From assembly GCA_963749155.1 (NCBI GenBank), contig CAVVLO010000002.1, positions 1,280,001-1,344,000 of the forward strand: a DNA stretch of 64,000 nt, written 5' to 3'. Positions 60,944-64,000 of this stretch are shown here, piece after piece. The translations under genes were made by a program, and so were the position numbers. Source of the DNA: an uncultured Armatimonadia bacterium. Its GTDB lineage: Bacteria > Armatimonadota > Zipacnadia > CAVVLO01. Position 1 is the stretch's first letter, and each line of letters starts with the position of its first letter. The notes under the pieces are model-generated. The model saw only the letters and a list, made by a program, of their open reading frames with translations, made no database searches and was not told the DNA's origin.

Positions 60944-60984
60944 AAAAGAGAAAGCTCCCGGCACCTGCCGGGAGCTTTCTTTTT
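60944..60984. terminator. bidirectional terminator
   Basis: AAAAAGAGAAAGCTCCCGGCA-CC-TGCCGGGAGCTTTCTTTTT. Confidence 0.88.
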
Positions 60985-61006
60985 ACTCGCTTCGCGCCGG
61001 TTTCTA

Positions 61007-62383
61007 TTAAGGTCGTATGGCCCGGGTCATCACCAGGGGGATCTCGGTGTTATCAAGATAAGCGCCCCGAACTGGATCTTGCTGGTCGGCGACTAGTTTT
61101 AGCAGCTCAGCACCAGCGCCCTTCGCGAAGACTGGCACCAGCGAGTTGGTATGTCCCCCACTGTACCATTGGACGTCAGGCACCTGGCCCTTGCCCTTGT
61201 TTATGACAGGTTCAAGGCCCTTTTTGGAATCCGGCTTGCCAAGTCCGCCGCACTCATGATCGGCAGTGATGATAATAAGGTTCTCCTCCCAGCCGCCGTT
61301 CGCCTCAACCCACTGGCAAGCGGCCTGGATAGCCTCGTTGAAGCTTAACGTCTCCTCTATCATCCGGCCGGTCTGGTTGCTATGGTTGGCCCAGTCAATC
61401 GCGCCACCTTCGACCATCAGGACAAAGCCATCGGGGTCTTCATCCAGCACGTTGATGGCGGCAAGGGTCAGGTCTTTCAGCGTTGGTACATCAGCGGTCA
61501 GGGGCACGATGAAAGGCAAGGCGTTGGCATCGCCACTCCGGCCCTGCTGGGTGGTTGAACCCACCTGCACCAGGCCGAAAACGCGTTCTGGCGCCGGTCC
61601 AGAACCAAGCGCCTTGAAGGAAGCGGTCTCCTCGAGGAAGGTCCAGGGATCAGGGGAGCCATCTCCGTTGGCATCCGCGCCAGCCGCATTGGCCATTACC
61701 TTGCCCCAGGTGGCCTCCGAGATATATGAGAACTTCGCGGTGTCGAGTCTCTTGTGGTCATTGTCATACCAGGGATGCCCAGCCGCGATGATGACGTCCG
61801 CCGCGCTGTTGCACAGCATATCCTCGGCTATACCGTGATAGTCATCGCGCTTGGGTTGATGGGCTACAAAACCGGCAGGCGTCGCGTGGCTGAAAGGCAC
61901 CGTGCTGACGACGCCGGTCGCTTTGCCCCACCGCTCGGCGCGCTCCAGGGTGTTAGTCCTGGGTTTCTCCCAGAAATCTACACCGATGGCCGCGTTGTAA
62001 GTCTTGATGCCGGTAGCGAGCGCTGTAGCTGCGGCAGCCGAGTCGGTTGCGCCCAGCTTTATGTACTCGGTGCCATCCCAGGCGTTTTCCGGGTCATAGC
62101 CAATACTGCGCGCTGGATAGGTACTGGCTGCAAGCTGGACTGGAAACTTCTGGAACACCAACGAATCCTCTGTGCCTTCTGCCCAATAACTTGTTGCCTC
62201 GGTATGGTTGAAGCCCATCCCGTCGCCAATGAACAAGATGATATTTTTCGCCCTGCTTTCAGGGGCTGGCAAAGTGAGAGAAGCGCCAGCGCCAAGCACC
62301 GGGCGCTCCAGCACCGGCAGGAAAGCCAGCATCAGGGCCAGGGCCAGCAACAGAGTGCCCCAAAGCGCACCAGAACGTGTCAT
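61007..62383 (-). CDS. phoA: alkaline phosphatase (PhoA family)
   Basis: NIILFIGDGMG, TDSAAAATA, HATPA, MVEGGAIDWANH, TADHE, HT. Confidence 0.93.
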   Translation of the reverse strand: MTRSGALWGTLLLALALMLAFLPVLERPVLGAGASLTLPAPESRAKNIILFIGDGMGFNHTEATSYWAEGTEDSLVFQKFPVQLAASTYPARSIGYDPENAWDGTEYIKLGATDSAAAATALATGIKTYNAAIGVDFWEKPRTNTLERAERWGKATGVVSTVPFSHATPAGFVAHQPKRDDYHGIAEDMLCNSAADVIIAAGHPWYDNDHKRLDTAKFSYISEATWGKVMANAAGADANGDGSPDPWTFLEETASFKALGSGPAPERVFGLVQVGSTTQQGRSGDANALPFIVPLTADVPTLKDLTLAAINVLDEDPDGFVLMVEGGAIDWANHSNQTGRMIEETLSFNEAIQAACQWVEANGGWEENLIIITADHECGGLGKPDSKKGLEPVINKGKGQVPDVQWYSGGHTNSLVPVFAKGAGAELLKLVADQQDPVRGAYLDNTEIPLVMTRAIRP

Positions 62384-62397
62384 GGTAACCTCCATTT

Positions 62398-63393
62398 TCA
62401 GTCGGGAAATCTAAAATCTTTTATCAGGCTAAGTTCTTCGGGATTCCAGAGGTTCCCCTTGGCATCGAAAATATCGTGCTGCCAAACATCAGGTGGAGGA
62501 TCTCCTGCTTTGGATTGCCAGTCCAGATTGGTCTGAGCGCGCCCTGCCACCAGGCCCCACTGATACCAGCCGATCCGGTTTCGGGCGCAAACAGGAAGCA
62601 CCGCCTCAAAGGTAGAACCACTCTGGCGATGGAGCAGCTCCGTGCAAAGAAGCGGTCTGGCGTGCCGGGACAGCTCCTTCACGGTTTGCTCGAAAGCCTC
62701 CGCGGGCAAGTAGCAGTGGAAGGACACGACGTCTGAAAGCTCCACCAGGCGTTGGCTCATCGGCCCCTCGTAATCCCACCAGGGGCCAACGGTCAGTGGT
62801 TGCATTGGAGATGCCTCGCGCGCCCAGTCAAAGGCCGCCTCGACCAGTGGCAGGCTTGCTTCACCCTGGTTATTGTTGCCGGGCTCGTTGTAGAGATCCC
62901 AGGCTAGCACTTCAGAGCGCTCTCCAAAGGCCCCGATAAAGGCTTTCACGTATTGCTCGAGCTTGGCCCAGGCCCCCATATCCTTGACGCGCGACGCACC
63001 GGGACTGGGTGTCCAGCGGCTGTTGTGCACGCCGGGCACAGGCTCCTCCTGCGGACCCAAAAAGGGCTCCCTCCCAGCAAAGGCGCAGTCATCGAAGAGC
63101 ACCGGCATCACAGTAAGCCCTTGCCGGCTTGCGACCTGAAGCACCTGATCGAATCGCTCGAGCAGGCCCCAGGGGTCGGCTTCCCAGACCAGATACTGGA
63201 TAAACAGGCGCAGCGAGTTATAGCCTGCTTCTCCCGCCCAACCGAGCTCTTCTGCGCTAGTAGCCAGGTCGAAGGTCTCAGCCTGCCAGAGCTCGGTCGT
63301 ATTGACTGCTGTGCGTGGTATGTAGTTGAAACCCTTTATCGGTGGCCTTGCGCGATACCACTCCCAGGCTTGTTCTGCGCTCCAGCGCTCCAT
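62398..63393 (-). CDS. GH5-like glycoside hydrolase
   Basis: GFNYIP..AVN..E.WQ, VLFDDC, WDLYNEPGN, SFHCY, CTE, WGLVAG..QT. Confidence 0.82.
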   Translation of the reverse strand: MERWSAEQAWEWYRARPPIKGFNYIPRTAVNTTELWQAETFDLATSAEELGWAGEAGYNSLRLFIQYLVWEADPWGLLERFDQVLQVASRQGLTVMPVLFDDCAFAGREPFLGPQEEPVPGVHNSRWTPSPGASRVKDMGAWAKLEQYVKAFIGAFGERSEVLAWDLYNEPGNNNQGEASLPLVEAAFDWAREASPMQPLTVGPWWDYEGPMSQRLVELSDVVSFHCYLPAEAFEQTVKELSRHARPLLCTELLHRQSGSTFEAVLPVCARNRIGWYQWGLVAGRAQTNLDWQSKAGDPPPDVWQHDIFDAKGNLWNPEELSLIKDFRFPD

Positions 63394-63511
63394 TTAGACC
63401 CTCCAGGGCATGTCCATCTCACTTCAGTATAGCAGTGACTTAGATATAAACGGCAGGGGGCTTCGAGCTTTTGGAGAAGTCCTCCCCAGCCTGCTGTCCG
63501 AGGGATTAACT

Positions 63512-64000
63512 ATGGCAAAGAAGGACTTGGAAAGAGGTCTGGTAACCCGGGGCGACCTGCTCAAGGGGGCTGCGGCGCTTGGGCTGACCGCCTTGCTGGG
63601 TGGCAGCGCTCTGGAGGAGGCACTTGCAATGCAACAACCAGTCATACCGCGTAAACGTCCCAACCTGCTCTTTGTCTTCAGTGACCAGCAGTCCTGGGAT
63701 ATGCTCGGTTGCGCGGGAAATGAACAGATTCAAACTCCCAATCTGGACAGGTTCGCTTCTCAGGGAGTGCATTTCAATCACTGTGTGTCAGCTTCTTGCG
63801 TGTGTACTCCTTTCCGTGGGATGCTCTTTTCGGGCCAGCATTGCCTCAATAACGGGGCCTGGTTCAATGATATCGAGATGCTTCCCAGCCAGCATGGAGA
63901 GTACCTGGCCGAGGTTATACGAGATGCTGGCTACAAGATGGGCTATGTGGGCAAATGGCATCTGCTGGGCGGCGACCGGTATCGGCCTATCCCCGCCGGA
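63512..64000 (+). CDS. sulfatase (formylglycine-dependent), truncated by window edge
   Basis: Not in the ORF track. Manual translation gives MAKK...TRGDLLKGAAALG...RPNLLFVFSDQ...TPNLDRFA..G...CTPFRG.L.SG...AGY..GYVGKWHL. Confidence 0.9.
   Translation, partial: MAKKDLERGLVTRGDLLKGAAALGLTALLGGSALEEALAMQQPVIPRKRPNLLFVFSDQQSWDMLGCAGNEQIQTPNLDRFASQGVHFNHCVSASCVCTPFRGMLFSGQHCLNNGAWFNDIEMLPSQHGEYLAEVIRDAGYKMGYVGKWHLLGGDRYRPIPAG

Noticed and set aside
63512..63630. Canonical Tat signal on the sulfatase
   Set aside because: The motif reads TRGDLLK without the twin arginine, so the export route is uncertain.

Overview
This GC-rich bacterial chromosomal window looks Armatimonadota-like, judging by a DUF1559 prepilin-type protein and many secreted, poorly classified glycoside hydrolases (inference). 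It holds about 45 genes: carbohydrate-catabolic clusters (GH78, GH42-like, GH36, GH5, GH30/39-like, GH99-like, GxGYxYP, tandem (alpha/alpha)6 paralogs, a sulfatase), two convergent PAS histidine kinases, two tandem ammonium transporters without glnK, glmM and a stand-alone GlmU-like acetyltransferase, a CDF exporter under a NiCo (czcD) riboswitch, mscL, a MazEF-type TA pair and an alkaline phosphatase. About 12 genes carry single-base frameshifts, most likely long-read consensus errors. Main findings: (1) three highly divergent, exported, C-terminally anchored PepSY-like genes between glmM and the glmU-like gene share a near-identical leader and a near-identical anchor-coding 3' end, with an 18-G tract between the -35 and -10 boxes of one copy, suggesting a swappable, phase-variable cassette array; (2) a DUF2946 CxxC/RAPP leader peptide sits upstream of a DUF1559 pilin-like gene; (3) two candidate sRNAs with C-rich loops share a 14-nt motif; (4) the amt genes have structured, terminator-containing leaders; (5) a GCAGG-N-GAA promoter-like motif recurs ahead of catabolic operons. 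No CRISPR array, rRNA, tRNA, integrase or transposase was recognised.
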